Shown: positions 1-14,700 of the stretch, piece after piece
Layout of the letters: the number at the start of each line of letters is the position of its first letter
Numbering within the stretch: the stretch's first letter is position 1
Assembly: GCF_041146345.1 (NCBI RefSeq)
Contig: NW_027191415.1
Location: 1,240,001-1,304,000 of the forward strand
Origin: Neodothiora populina
Taxonomy: Eukaryota
DNA: 64,000 bases
Direction of reading: 5' to 3'
Translations under genes and position numbers: made by a program
The notes under the pieces: model-generated
What the model was told of the DNA's origin: nothing
Seen by the model: the letters and a program-made list of their open reading frames with translations, nothing else
The model's database searches: none

Positions 1-496
1 GCCTTTGGGTAGGATGCTAAATGGCTGGAGTGTTGGTAGTGCAGCTCTTGGTATTGCAGATGCGCCATGTGGATTCGAAAGCTTAGTCTTTCACCGCCAC
101 GAGCCTTTGTATCCGCTCGTGACCATGTGCTCATGAGAAAAATCAGTGTGAGTGACCAGTGTGACGACTCGGTAGAACATGTAATAGTGCCCGCAGCTTT
201 GTCAAAAAGCAGCCGCAAGGGATAGCCCAGACGCCCCGTCCGGCGAATCTAAAGACAATGCGTGCATCTGTCAATAAAACCTTCCCTCTCGAGTGTTCTC
301 CGTATCACTGCGATGGAAAATACTAACCGGGCATACCATCATTCCTTAAAGCAGACATGGAAGGAAGCATCAAGCAAACCAATCCATCCGCTTATTCCTA
401 GCGACAGTGTCTACTGACAGAGTACATCCACAACCAACCCGTGCTAGAGATTTTGGAAGACATATACTTCTTCTAGTTGAAGTCGTTCAACGAAAA

Positions 497-601
497 GGGC
501 TTGTGGTTTAGTGGTATAACGTCTTCTTAGCATCTTCGGCTTTCGCAGCTGTAGCTCTGACTGAGTGGAGAAGGTCCCGCGTTCGATTCGCGGCTAGTCC
601 A
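497..601 (+). tRNA. tRNA-Ala (AGC) with 33-nt intron (533-565)
   Basis: Cloverleaf folded by hand. Acceptor GGGCTTG/CTAGTCC with G3:U70 (Ala identity element); D-arm TGGTTTAGTGGTATAAC; anticodon stem TCTTC/GGAGA with AGC at 529-531; intron after position 37; T-arm CCGCG-TTCGATT-CGCGG; T-run terminator at 607-610. Confidence 0.95.
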
Positions 602-3600
602 TACTATTTTCGGCCTTTCCACTCCAAGAATGTGGCATCACTCTTTTGCACTCTGATGTGTTGGTGCCTTTCGTTTCTTGTTCTCGATCGCGCTTGCTTT
701 CTTTTGTCGCGCAGGTGTGGTACAAGGCTGCTTGACGGAGGTAAGGGAATGAGGTGAATGGAAGTTTATAGGATTTCCATTCTTCGCTGTGCGGTGAGTG
801 AGAAGCGAGCTCCGGGGACTGGAGATGTAGCTAACGCATTTCAAGCACGTTGTTGCACTTATGGGATGATGAGTCTCCATGACACTCGGGCTGACCGATG
901 ATCTGCCCTTGCTCTTGAGGGATATGCACGTGCATGAGCCCATTATCTAGGTGAAAACGCTCCTGGATGAGCCACTTGATGATCTTTCCGGGAGCAGCTC
1001 AAGACTGGATAGAACTGCCAGTGCCGAGAAGACCTCGCAATGAGTAGGTGTTAGTGCAATTGTATCATCGAGCTGGGTATTCTCCGAGGGCTGTAGGCGG
1101 TGAATAATCGGCCTTTAGCTACCCAATTATCAGACGTTTAAGCAGTCTGCCGCATGGAGTACAAGACAGGTCTCAACACTATGCGTAGGAACAGTCTACA
1201 ATCGTACATCGTTCAAATTCTGACTTGGAGCTCCTGGTTGGCGAGTTTCAGTGTATGAGGGCCCCAAGCGGTGATGATGCGATCTACTGCAACTGCAAGT
1301 TCAGGCTTGTTTCAGCCGACGACACGGATCGATCAGGTAGGCAAGACTGTTATGATCAATTGTCCTTGCTCTTACTTCTAGACATCATTATAAACTGGGG
1401 CACTTCGGAAATTCATGCGAGCAATGGTGAACTTGGCTCGTTGCTTTGCAAAGAGTCCTCGGGAGAAAGCCGATAGTAGCGATCAAGGATGGATGCCGAA
1501 GACGGGTTACTTTGTGTCTAGAGGGGTTGCATAGTCGTCGAGGGTATGACGATGCGGTCTCGCGACAAGGACACCCGGAAGAGCTCCAATCATCCGGGGC
1601 ATGCGTTTTTTTTGGAAATGGACAGGAGAGAAGATAATGCTGTATGCTATGATACTCTTGTTGACATGCCTTGTTTTGACTAGTCCATCGTAGTCCTTTT
1701 TCCTTCGAATGAAGGTGTTCCCAAAGTGGAATGAAGCAGCTGACTAGACATGTTGACAATGAAGTGAGATTGAGTGCGAGGACTTGTTTACGTGGACGGA
1801 TGTCCTGAGATTAGTGATGTAGTCAAAGGTCAATGTAACAGAGACCTTGAATGTTAAACTCTTCGACTCGGCCTTAACCGACTTGCTTGCTACACGCTGG
1901 CTAGCGAAGAGTGATGCGAGCAAGTTCGATCTCGCAAGTACATAACCACAGGCGGCAGTACCACAAGAAATAGACACGGAAAGTTGCTGGACCGACATAA
2001 CACAAACCGAAGGTCCAATTCGAGCGCGTGGCTGTCAGGCCAGCAATCGTCTGCACGATCAATCATTTCGACTGCAATCTACTGATTTGTCTGTACACTT
2101 CGAAGAGACTATTTTGTGCCAACGTTGTGCCTCGACGCAAAGTCGGGAAATCACTTCCTCTCACTTCCCAGCTTGTGAGTAAGCATCCCTCGTCGACCAA
2201 CGATAGCCTACGTGGAAAGGAGCAGCATTCTTTCATGCTGTCAGCACCGTATGTAATCTGCCACGAGACTATGATATCCCTCATAGGAGAGTAAGTCGGG
2301 AACTATGTCTCATCATGGGCGATCGAGACCCGGCGGACCAGCTGACATACTATACATCTGCACATTCGCATCTACATCCCCAGTTACGGCCGTCAGCACG
2401 CCGAGCAGCCGAGCGCGCCTCTGCTAATGCTCTGGAGCAAAAGATCCAACTGCCGCTTTCACGACGTGTGGACATAGACCATAGGGCATTACTCGATCCA
2501 TTTGTGCAGATCCTTTGTAGTTAGACTCGCGGGCGTATTCTGCAACCGGATCAGAGCCCGAACCAACGACTTGGAGTCACTTACATTGTAGACGCTACAG
2601 TGTTAGTATGATTGCGTGTCCGAGAGCGCGATCACTTAGAAATGGTGCTGTCTCGAGAAACAAAGGACTCCATTTCATTTCCGGTGTAGCGTCGACCTTG
2701 ATATGCTGCAATAATCGCTTTCTTCCCATTCTCCCTACCTTGCCAGGCTGATAACGAATGAAGAGCCGTGACTAAAGACCCAATCTTGGGACGGTGCGCC
2801 CGCAGTGAATGCCCTGTCTGGTGGGCATCGCATACTACGTTGGCTTTTCATCATTGACGTTGAACAAGTCATGAGCGTGCGATTGGTATCTCGTCTGGGT
2901 GAACTTCGCTGTAACAAGAAAAAGTTCCGTGCAAGGACCCGGCGAATGTTTATAGCCGCCAGTGACAGTTATAAGCCGGCAGCAGCATAGCGGCAAAGCA
3001 GCGTTACAAGTTCAATTGTAATAGATCGTGCCATTGACACGGGACAACATCGACGGGGGATAGCTACTTGGACGGGACGAGCCGCACGCTTGTGACACGG
3101 GGCCATCAAACATTGAACCGCGGTAGACCGATCTGGGTAGGTACCTTATTCAGACCGCGGTGGGATGCAGACGGTATTTCGTAGCGTGAGAGGAACTTGC
3201 AAGATCGGAGGAGGATTCTGTGTCTGCTAGTCGAACAACTATTAGCAGTGCGAGTCATATGTCTAGTCACGCCGTGACGCTTGACCAGGAGGTTAAGTAG
3301 CGCGGATTCGCTACATCATTTAGCCATCGGGCCAGACATCCGGACGAGTCTCTACCCGACTAGGATATCCAGTCAGATGCCGCAGCGTTTGTGGCTTTAG
3401 ATTACTCAACTTCGTTCCTGACGACGTATTCCTCTGGATTTTCTTGCTTGTAACCTTCCGATTATTTGAGTTTCCCCCTGCAAAATCACACAGGATTTAT
3501 CACCTGTGCCTTGAGGAAGTTAATAAGCGAGCGATGACCTACCCAAGCGATGCAGGTATTGTATTCACTCGGTGCCGATCGAGCTGTGAGTGAGGTACGG

Positions 3601-6355
3601 TAAGGTAGATTTCATCATCTTTTCAACATCCTAATTGAAGTTCCCTTGGCAAGGCTTGGTTACACCACATCTTCTTGCAAGACACGTATTACCGCCAAGT
3701 GTTCGAAGCTGATATCGTGACATTCTTCAGTGCCGCCCACTTTGCACCCTTGATAAGTGCCTGCAATGAGGTTGAATGTCTGCACCAAGTGCCACAAGCG
3801 GGATCCTGAAGCATCTTGCAATGTCGTCTTTACCAAGAGTGTGATCCTGACTCGCCAATCTCAACAGCGGAGCAAGCCACGCAAATAGCGCGCGGGATTC
3901 TAGAGTAAGGCTCGTACCGAGACTTGTAGATCTAGCGTGGGAACTTAAAAGCGGGGGCTTCAATTTGTAGAGCTTCAACCTCTACTCGGAGGAGCTGAGA
4001 CCTGAACTGACCGGTAGACTGATGAGGCATTTGTCAACGCTGTAAGGCTGATCTGGGCTGTGGAGGGAGTATCGAGTGCGTGCAGTCATTCTTTCTCTGG
4101 TGTTGAGTACGAGACCAGAGATCATTAGCTACATCTAGATACAAAGGAATAAGGTACGTTAGTCTTGATTGGACCGCAGCCGAATGCCACAACGCGGGTA
4201 TATTACCATACTATTCCCACCAGCACTGAGCGACGACAAACATTACTTCGTGCCTAGGACTCAGAGCTCATCCTTGATGGCAATCCCTAGATCCCGCGCC
4301 GGCTACCATTGACAAAGTAGCATGTTGTCCAGGGTTATAGGGTACAATATGATCATGTAAAAGTCGTAACCATGGCACAGGTGTTGTGGAGTCCTTCGCT
4401 ACTCCAGTTACCTACCTTATGTAGTAAAAAGCTCCGGCTGTACCATACATTCGAAAGGTAGTGGGAGATTCCAAGAAGTTGCGCTGCATTTGGATATAAT
4501 CAATGAATCGTGAGGCGAATTCGTGAGTTAGAAGCAATACAGGCAGGGCTTTGCCGTGATCGTGGCTGACTGGATTATGCATTAAGAATCTGGAATTGCA
4601 CATTGCTCCATTTCCATCTTCATTGAAGCAATGTAAGTGAAGTTATGTGGCGATGTGGACACCGAATGTTCTGCCGAGAAATAAGCATAAGGAAGGCAGC
4701 CTGCACCGCACATCTCGGGTTCCCCGAAACCATACTCATCGAATATGGATGTGGACGTAATAAGCTTGTCTGGATCCCGCCACTAAGAGAACTCAAGTCC
4801 CACTTCCCGCAAGGGCCCACGTTTCCAAGACATCAGCGTGCTTGTTGTTCGCAACATCATATCATGTCTACGGCACTCATACACTCGCAAACAGATACGT
4901 ACCAAAGTCGGCGACACTGAACCATCCCGTGCACTCACTAGTCCCACGTTAATGCCATGTTTCGAAGATAGCCGCTGCACAACATATCAAGACTATCACA
5001 AGAAGGGTAAACGCATTCCAATTCTAAAGTGTCAACTTCTACCGAATCAATGTGATTTTTCCCTCGGATCGATTTGTTCAACAAGCAGGGATATCGTCTC
5101 TGTGCTCTATGTGGGTTACGTACAAATGCTCTCCTGAGCATTAAATGACCTGATCGTTGTTGCTACTCAAGCGCGCGCAATCAATATTCCTTGCGGCTTT
5201 TTCCACTGGCCGTTGCTTATGATGCATCACATTACGACAACCGTCCCAGGACACAAAGAGAGCACAGAAAACCAAAGGGCAGATCTAGTCACAGTGACGA
5301 AACATTCAAGTCAACAGCGTGCAGGGCGAACTAGTTGGAGATGCACAACTGCTTTACTCCTCATCTAGCAACCTGCACGTTCAACGCTCTTGCATAGCTT
5401 GGGTGGTCTCACGGAATTCAGTCCGAATCGAGAAGTACGTATTCGAACTTAATAAACTCTCTTGCGGGATCGATTCAATCAAGCAGTCTAGCCTCACGCC
5501 ATTGGATTTTACACTCCACTTTGTTGTTAGAACCTCGCAACGACGTCGCCGTAGATGTGGTCAAAGCGACCACAGTGGAAAAGCCACATAGGACTAACGT
5601 GTCAGCTATTCACTTAGTAGCAATGAAGGTGAATTACGAACAGCGACCAGGATCAGTCAACGGGGCGGCGAGATAGTAATTCAAAGATAGAAGTTACAAG
5701 CGTGTCTCTGAAGCCGATTTGCGCTCTCGAGAGATCACTGGTACTAAGATCGCTCGGGTACACGGTTCATTGTTCCTTTGTCGAGTCTTGATTGATCTGA
5801 TGAACCTGGCCGAATGTATCATATCAGCCGCTGGCCAATTGTCAAACGACAGCTGCACATCTGTCATAGCCTGTTGTATGTACAGATCTAATTCTGCATG
5901 GGACATACTCGACTTCCAACGCACATAGCCGAGTAGAGATGGCTTTTGGGTAACGCGCGTATGCTCAGTGCTTGATCGATCGCTCTTCCCACTAGTCGCA
6001 AGGATCATGCGTTCAATCGTGTCCTATTCATAACGATAAAGGTGTAGAGAACCAAGAATGTTGCAGATACATCTCAATGGGCCGCTCTCCAACGGGATGT
6101 CGTGTTAACACCCGCTTCAACGGGCGATAGATTTTGGTCAACTTGATCTATCGCAAGTTCCTCACATTCCTCACAAAGACCACAACAGGCATCCGCAGGA
6201 CCAAAGATAAACGTACCGGCGCCTCAATAGGTATGTGAATTTTGGTCAATATCTTGTAACTTAACTTGACTGCATATTATGACGGCTTTTCTCCATAAAC
6301 GCTTCCGCCTTTTTAAGCGTATGGTACCCGTATAGTACACCAAGGCCAAAGGACC

Positions 6356-9236
6356 TCAGCTCCGTGAGCTAGGCTGATATGGCGGAAACAACTGGCGTTT
6401 CTGCGTCCCATGTGAATGAGCCGCATGCTGCGGTCCTAATGTATGCCACTCTGCATCACTCGACTGTTGTGTGGGCGGGCCAGGCGGTCGCTTCCCCGGA
6501 GCCATCCGATAGCCTGATGGAGGCTGCATCGCGGCAACGGCTGATACACGCCGACATGTTTCGAGCTGGTAAGCCTGGTGAGGACTAGTCGATTCCATCA
6601 TGCGGTTCGCCAGCTGACCGCTACCTGCAGTGGCTGAGTCACGTCGGGGTAGTAGACCTGACTCAAAGCCCAGTGTGTAGTTCGGCCCTTGTCCAGGTGG
6701 ATAGTTGTAAGCTATAGGGGTCGGGGGCACAGATTGATGTATGACACTTTGCTGTGGCTCCGAACGATAGTACAGCTGCTGTACATAGTTTTGTTGTCGT
6801 TGCAGCTGTGTTGATAGCGTACGCTTCATTGGCGGTTTGAATTCCGGGTGGTTCGTAGATGGCGTTGACTGGGACAATCTGATAGGTATGCCACTATTTG
6901 GAGTCGTAGCTGGGGTGACGACGCTTCTACCTTGCAAGCCTGGATCCTCAAGCAAGAACATGCCTCTGCTCTCCATCACTGATTCATCAAAGTATAGAGA
7001 GTTGGTGAGTTCGTCGCTGTTCCGGCTTACGATGTCCTTTCGAGACGTCTTCTGGTCAGACACCGCAGACTTTTGCCCTATTCCTTCTGGAGTTATCCTG
7101 CCCTTTTCTATCAAGTTGCGTAGCCGTAGCAGCCCTTCCGAAATCCGAGAAACGGCAATCTCGGCTATTTGGTGGAGTCGACCTTTGTCAAGCTCAACAA
7201 AAATTGTATATGCCTGCTCAACCTTTGGAATGGTGTATGTCTCGGCTGTCTCGAGTGCGTCCAACAGGAGTAACATACAAGCATTGAAAGCTTGCTGCCC
7301 TATGGTCCAGTCGGTCAGAGCAATACGAACGCGTCTATAGAAGTAGATGAATGCATCCAGGAGCGCAAGTGATGACTGTAATACCATCGGCCTGCCTCGA
7401 GATACTGCTTGTAATCCGAACACCGGTTGACCAGAGAGAATGTGGTCATCGGCACTGGCTTGGTACGATCGAGGAGAGGGTGAGTTGTACTCAGGACTAG
7501 CCCGGACGTTCTCGATACGCTGTCTGTTCAATAAAACAATGTAGCTGTGGATCTTACAATAGTGGACTAGCCAGTATTAGCATGGTGACCGTTCATCTGA
7601 AGGAATCTCATAACGTACTCGCTGCATTGGCACACAAGGGATATTCGGGTAGCTGGTAGTCTGGTGCAGACCAGTTGTTGTTGAATTGAAGCATGTCGGG
7701 CATGGTGTCCCAGAGAGAGATCAGTCTATCCGTGAACAAATCGATCTTTGGGTCTGTCAACTGGTTGCTGCTCAGTATCTGGCGACCTAAAAGTGTGAGC
7801 TGGTCTACAAACTCCCCTAACCTAAGCACAGCCGGATTAGTGGTAAGAGGCTCTGCAGGTTGGCAGTCTCCTATTCCGGAGATACCGAGAGGACGACCAA
7901 GGGTCATGGAGTATAGCTGATCTGTATGCAACATCCACCACCAGACATTACTGCGTATAGTACATTCTCGGAGTTCTGGGACAGGATCAAGGTATTTCGG
8001 ATGACGATGGAGCCCTATAGCTTGTGCTAGGCGGATGGCTAGTCCAAACAACGACCATGCGTCAAGAAATCTGCCACTGTTGGTAAGATAAGGTCCAATG
8101 ATAAGTATTGTGTGTAAGCTTCGAAGTGTGGGTCGACTCATGAACGCAGATGCTCGAAGTGCCTGCATAGCGGCGGCGACTACTATGATTAGTCTCCACA
8201 TGTCACATCTAGTTATCAGCATGTCAACTCACTGAAGATATCACCCTTCTGTACGCCATCCGTGCTCTTACTATCTCCGCCAAGCTGAACTCCCAGCGCC
8301 GAACCTGCTAATATGAGGGCCAAAGCATCGGGATATCTCAAAGCATTCTGGTCTGCATCGTCGAGGAACTTCTCAACCTCCTTCCGGGTAAGCTCTTCTG
8401 GAAGTACAGGTATCATGAGACCCACAGCTTTATTGACAAAAGTATCAACGTAGGTGAGCAGAGCTTCACGAGGCTCTAGGAGGTTCAAGAGACCTTTGGT
8501 TGCAAGTGTGGCTTGCCAGAGTGCTGGGAAGGGATACATCGAATTGTGTCCAGCGTACACATCTGCTCCGCGGGGTATCGTGAACGCCAATGATTTTGGT
8601 TCTACCTGCATGCTCGCGAACTGAGAGAGGGTGGTCAGCCTATAACAGCCTTTCAGCGAAACAGAGCATACTAAGCTTACATCTGAGATGACATTAGCTA
8701 GTCCAGGACTGCCGAAGTAGAGGCTGTCAGTGTGATCTCCAGTTCGGAAGCGCTTCTGACGATTGGTGCCACGCCGATTGCTATGTCCTGGTTTTCCTGT
8801 TGAGGATCCATCGTCATCCTCACTGTCGTCGCTGAGAGATACTTTGGCAGCGAGCAGGCGCTCTTTCAGCCTTTGGTTCTCGGCACGGAGTTTTCGAAGC
8901 TCGAGGGACTGCTGAATAGGTCCGAACTCGGTCCCCTCACCCAGAACAAAATGACACTCCTTGGGCGAACCTCGTGCGCAGCAGGCCGAGCAGGGTTTAG
9001 TACGATCACACTGGCTTCATCATAAGCATATAGCCACCTAAAGAGAAAATTATGGATAGCCGCACTTTGACCTTCCTTTCACGACACTTTGTGCAAGACA
9101 ATAGTTGGCGTGGTTGCTGTTGTTTCTTCTTCCTATCTCTCAATGCGGACGAAGAACTCTCCGGGAGCAAAGCAGGTGATTGTGAAGAACGAGAAGTTTG
9201 GACAGATTCCCCGTACACTCCATGAGTTGAGGCCAT
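6356..9236 (-). CDS. Zn(II)2Cys6 transcription factor with fungal-specific middle homology region; 5 exons (9236-9066, 9010-8681, 8620-8233, ~8183-7619, 7566-6356)
   Basis: Splicing joins SCTKCRERKVK to CDRTKPCSACCARGSPKEC (six Cys), followed by a coiled coil. MHR motifs LAIRLAQAIGLHR and VWWWMLHTDQLYSMTLGRPL. All introns are GT-AG and keep the frame. Confidence 0.93.
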
Positions 9237-11735
9237 TCAATGCAGGTATGTTTCATGTAGCGTTGATAGGGCCCCAATGTCAGCCGTGACTCGTGTGCGC
9301 AAACACATCAGAGGACTATTGTGGTTTTGTGGGGAATGAAGGACGTTAAGAAACAGCCTTCAGGGTCGAGGAGGGGGGTTGATGTATGAACGACACAAAG
9401 AACTGGGTTCCCTGGCTCTCGAGAAAGTATCGGCTCAGCAGCAGTCTTGTATGCTCGAGAATCCGACAAATGCTCTTGACGATCGCCCGGACCCTTACTG
9501 TACATTGCGTGGTGGATTTGGGTGGGCATGTACCCAGGACATGAACTGACGCCACCGTTATCCACTCTGACGAAAAGGGAAATTGATGAAGAGGAAGATG
9601 TTGACTACAAGACGATTCATTTGCATCCTAGCATGACGCGGTCCCTCTCGACCTCTAAAGAGGGCGTGGAACAATTCTCCCCAAGCATGACTATCCGAGA
9701 CCCACAAATGATAGGTTTCCAAAGTGCGATAGCCCTTTTCTTGTCTTCATGCATGTTACTCCAGCCAAGCAAGCCATAGATGACGCCGATGCAAGACCAT
9801 ATCTCAAATTAAGCAGAAGGCCTGGAAACTCAGACTTCGAACCCTGAGACTAACCCTGGAGTTGGGTGGCATGTTGACAAGATGGCTTGACTCAAATGTC
9901 GATGTAACATGGCAGCGGCTAGTCTGGTGTGACCCCACTACCAGAGTGTTCGCAAAGCTGGGCCTCCAGTGTCATTACTGGTTCCAACATGGTGGTTTGA
10001 CAGGGCGATGTGGACGCCGCAAGACTACCTAGAGTTAGAGATTACCAGGTTTGAGCCGTTACCGACGGGCCGGTCCTGGGTTCCTTTGCTGGTGCGGTTC
10101 ATGGAAACGATGTCGAGATTTCTGACTCAATGTGTACCTAGCTTCATCGTCTGGTTCAGCATTAAGAGCAATACGGTAACAAGATGTGGCGTGTCGGCGT
10201 GAACTCAACGCCATCCTAGCAGCAGAGCCCCGATTCTCCATGAAATAGAGCCTCCAGGTGATATGGTTCGGGATTGATCCTTGGCTTGTTCCAGAGAAGC
10301 AATCCCTACGACGAATCTGACCAAGTGGTCGTCAAGCTGCATGAGAAGCGTCTGGGAAGTCCATCCTAAAATTGCACATCACTTGCAGCAAGATAGAAAA
10401 CTGACAAATAGCGGGGTGTCCGACCATCCTCAAAGCGCGCGCACCGCCATGACCTGCGCAGGGCGGTCCCATTATTGTGGAGCGGTCCAACAGTCAATCC
10501 CTCCAGACTATACTCCTGGTCGAGGCCGGTGCACTTGTGGACGCGCACCCAATAGCTACGGTCTCGGCGGGCACAGGGCGACTAGTAGCATTCTGGTGGC
10601 GTTGTCACTGCATACGAAGCTAGAAGTCCAATGCACCTAGCCGGGCCCTGCTGGCTGGTTTGGTTGTTTGTCAACAGACCCGAGCAAGCATAAGACGGCG
10701 AGATCCACGAAGCACGAATCACGAAGAACGAAGCATTGGCCGGTTTGATATTCCCACTCGATAAGCTTCCACGATGTTTGGCGAGACATGGTTCCGAGAT
10801 CCTAAGATGCGGGAATGCCCTAAACGTGTAGCCCCACAAAAGAAGGTTTCTGTGGTTCGCGACTTCAAGTCAAACCACCCAGTTGCCTCTTTGGCTCACA
10901 GGCGACGAGTAAGGCTTGTGCGTGGACGGGTACTGTACTGTACCTCTAATTTGAGGTACTTTTTGGGGAGTTCCCTCACGGAGATCGTGGAGTATATGGC
11001 TTGGACTTTTGGGAGCAGACCCAAGAATTGTATGCAAGACGCAGACCAGGATTACATTACTACTATAGGTGCAGGGAAAGGGGCCCGGCTCGAGGTGACC
11101 TTGCACCCAGGCTGGCGTAAATCTGAGGGGCGATCTGGATGCATGTTTGGCCTACTGCACATGGCCGACTCTAGGAATCTTTGGGCAATGTGGTAGCATG
11201 CCATGGATCTCTTGGTTCTCCCATATATCGTGTGCATGACTCTGCATACCATAACCATATGAATTTGAATATATAGCCGTTGGCTTAGACAGGATCTAGA
11301 GCTCTTGGGCGACGACTATGCCTTTTTGATTCATGTGACGCTGCACGAGATAGACTCCTCTCCTAGAAGTCACAGCTAGCAGAGAAGACAACTGATTAGT
11401 CTGCGTGCATGTGAAGCTTCACAACGTATGGATCTGATCGACGCACCGGCTTGATGGACAGAAACGGGATGGAGCAGCAGCGCCCGGATCTTCTGGGCCT
11501 CGTGGTTTGCCTGACGATCGGTCGTGGCCAGACAAACAATTCTCATAGTACTAATGCATAATCGGAAGACACCCGGCCTCCTGGTCATACACATGTCCTG
11601 ACAAGCATGAGTTATCACGCTGATAATTGACTTGCTCAAGCCACCTCATGCAAAGACAATCCGAGTGCGTGGTCTGGATTAACATTCCTATTAAAAATGC
11701 TGTGTTCCTGCACTTTCAACCGAATCGAACTCGGT

Positions 11736-14700
11736 TTACTCCCACCGGCTTATTAGCCGAAGAGGCTTCATGACGATTTTTCGGAAGAAACAATCCACTT
11801 CCAATATCTCAACTTCCCACCAATCACCAGCCTTTGCTTCACTGAGGCCATAGAGATCTGGCTTCCACATAGCGCACGGGAGACTGTATTCCTTGAGGAT
11901 GACGGCTACCTCGCCAATCTGTGTTTGCGGTCTTTGACCGAGATATGCGTGAAATGTCTTCGGTAATTCACATTCACCGTAGTAAAATGCCCTGAAGAAG
12001 AGCTGTGTGATCCAGAAATCTTCAGAATAACGTGTCGCACGTCTGATGATCATTTCTCTGGGATGCAAACTAGTAGCCATATGATTGAGGCTAGCAGTAT
12101 TGAATGGCAAGAAATCCTCGGACTTGTTGCCGAGGAGCGACTTTCCGGTCTCGGCCTCCTTGCGCAGGGCGGCCTCAATCTGCCAGTGCAACACCATATC
12201 GCCATAACGACGAAGTGGCGAAGTTACCTTACTGTAGTGATTGAGACCAAGAACTTTGTGGGGGAGTGGTGTGGTATTCAAAATCGTGGTTCCTGCGCTT
12301 CTGAGATACTCGACAGCAAGATGCATCGGCGCCTCGCCACCATTCTTCGCCATCGCAGGTTCCATGACGTCCCGATAGTATTCTTCAGGATCAACAGCAT
12401 AGGGATGTGGAATGGTGCCTCTGTAGATGGCAGGAATGTTGCGTTCCGCGGACCATTGAGCACCAATTTCGCAACAGAGCAACATCATCTCCTGAACCAG
12501 AATATCGGATACTGACTCGCCGGTAGAAAACCATGATATTAATTGCTTTGAGCGATACTGGATCACAGGCTCTCCGTCGATAAAGCGAGCATGGTGATGA
12601 GATGGGTGGTCCCAGCCTAAACCTGGTCGATTCCACCCGCTCCAGACCGAAACGTCTGCTCGATGCGAATCGAGGAACAATCCTCCAGCTTCTCTGCGCT
12701 TCTTTTGCCTTTTCTCGGCCAGGTCCTGCATAGTCCTTAGCATTTCCACATGCTCGGGCTTGAGAGAAGATCCAGTCTTCCGCTCAGTAGAATGCGGGAC
12801 TTGACCACCAACCGTCAGTACATCGTCCTCTTGGCTGGCGTCGTAAACGCCTATAGCCTTTGCGACGGCATCTGGAGAAATCTGATGTACATTCCTGATC
12901 AGTCCCGGGGTGACTTTGAGCTCAAGCGTCTCGCCTTCGGCATTCATCTTGGCGCTAAACGTCAAGCAGGGACGGTTCTTGGTCAAGCTGAAGTACCTCT
13001 TTGTGGCCCATGAAGGAAGCATCATGTAGGCTCTTTCCGGCATGTAGATGGATTCAGTCAAGTGGCGAGACATTGTTGCCAACGGATGCTCTGGATCAAA
13101 GAATGCCGTTGGGTTGGCAATATGAATGTGTACCCAGAAATCTTCTCCAGATTTCTCCACCGACAAGCCATCATCTATCTCATGTGCGCCCTCGCCGTCT
13201 ATGCAAAAGACGGCAAGATCGCCCCAGTCTTTCCTGAGCTCACTCATAGAGTCTACAAGGCCGGGATCATCTTCCGCACCGAGTTGCTGCAGTTGACTGT
13301 CGAGTCTCGATAACGGTTTGGAGTGCTGTGAAGTCGGCAATAAGAGATGTTGATCGTGACGAACACGATTTTCCCATGGGACTAAGACACCGATCTCTTG
13401 CAGGAAAAGATATCCTGTCTTCTGGCTGAGCGTGTAGTCGTTGTACATGCCCGTAGCTTGCAAGATCAAAGGCGGCAAGGCTGCTACTCTTGGAAGACCC
13501 ATGAAAAGATTCGAACAAGACCATCCCTCGAGGAATTTGATCAACTCTCGATCATCAGCATCAAATTCAACCGATCTTCGACTGCGGTAAGAGTGCTCTG
13601 TTTGTGTTATTGGGAAAAGCTGAGTGCCAGTACTAACACGTCCAGAGGTCGTTGGTTGACGTGTCTTGCGGCTCTCTTCAACAAGGCCTCGCGCTTTCAA
13701 AATGAAATTGTTGACGCTGCGCGCACCACCTTTGTAGACGACAACTTTCTGCTTGGAAGCAACAGAACTTGCTAGTGCGTCTTGCCATTCGCGTATCCAG
13801 TTTCTCACCTTCTCGACCGTGGCGACCTGCTTCTTTGGGCGAATCTGGATGAAGCCAGTAAGACGATGGCTTCTACGATCCGTACCGAATGCGAAGCCTG
13901 CCCTGGCAAGGGCTTTTCGGACTGTGAAAAGTGCAGCCGCACTTTTGAGGTCATCAGACTTAGACGAGCCTTTCAGCAGTTGTGAAGCGACTTGCTCCAA
14001 GCTCCCAAATTGCAGGTTCTCGTGGTGAGCGAGGATATCGTGGGCGTCATCGAGCGATCTTGCATTCTTCCTGTAGATCTCGTCGCTTTCTCTCTGGAAG
14101 CGAAGCATGCGTGAGACAAGAGGGGCAGAAACGTCCCTGGGTACACTCAGATCAAAAAGCTGTGCACGTTCCAGTAATTCATCATTGACCTCCTGATCCG
14201 GAAGGTAGGGCAGGATGGGATCTAGCATTTTAGGATCAATCAAGCCAGGTATAGCATACTGAATCGCCTTTTCACTCATGTGAATCCACTTGCCATTGAC
14301 GGTGTAGAACTGTGCTTGTGGGGGTGTAGTTCCAACTCTTCGGACAAACACAGCAATGGCCGCCTCGCGCTCGCTGTTGAGGAACTCGAGTTCAACCAAG
14401 TCACCCTTGGTCAAGAAGCGATGCTGTGGGTCGAAGTCCTCGATGTCTTCGGTTTTGGCTTGGGTCATGGCAGAGATATCATCTCGCTCATTTTCCTCTG
14501 CCTCTAAAGGTCGTTTGAAATTGTCCGTATCTGATAACCGAGTAAAGTCATTGCCCATCTCTCCGTTTCCATTCATATCATCTCCTTCCGGAAATTCGAG
14601 TGTTTTGTCGCTTCCATGCTCGTCATTCCATATTTTCAGCTGCTGGCGGATCTTTGATTTGAGGACATCTACTGGGGCGAATTCCGGGTCATTCTTCGCT

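Noticed and set aside
1..360. Possible 5' end of a minus-strand gene running off the window
   Set aside because: An ATG and a GTATGC donor exist near 335-358, but no acceptor gave a convincing continuous frame or recognisable motif.
4019..4060. CTGATGAG as a hammerhead ribozyme core
   Set aside because: No downstream GAAA with matching stems II/III.
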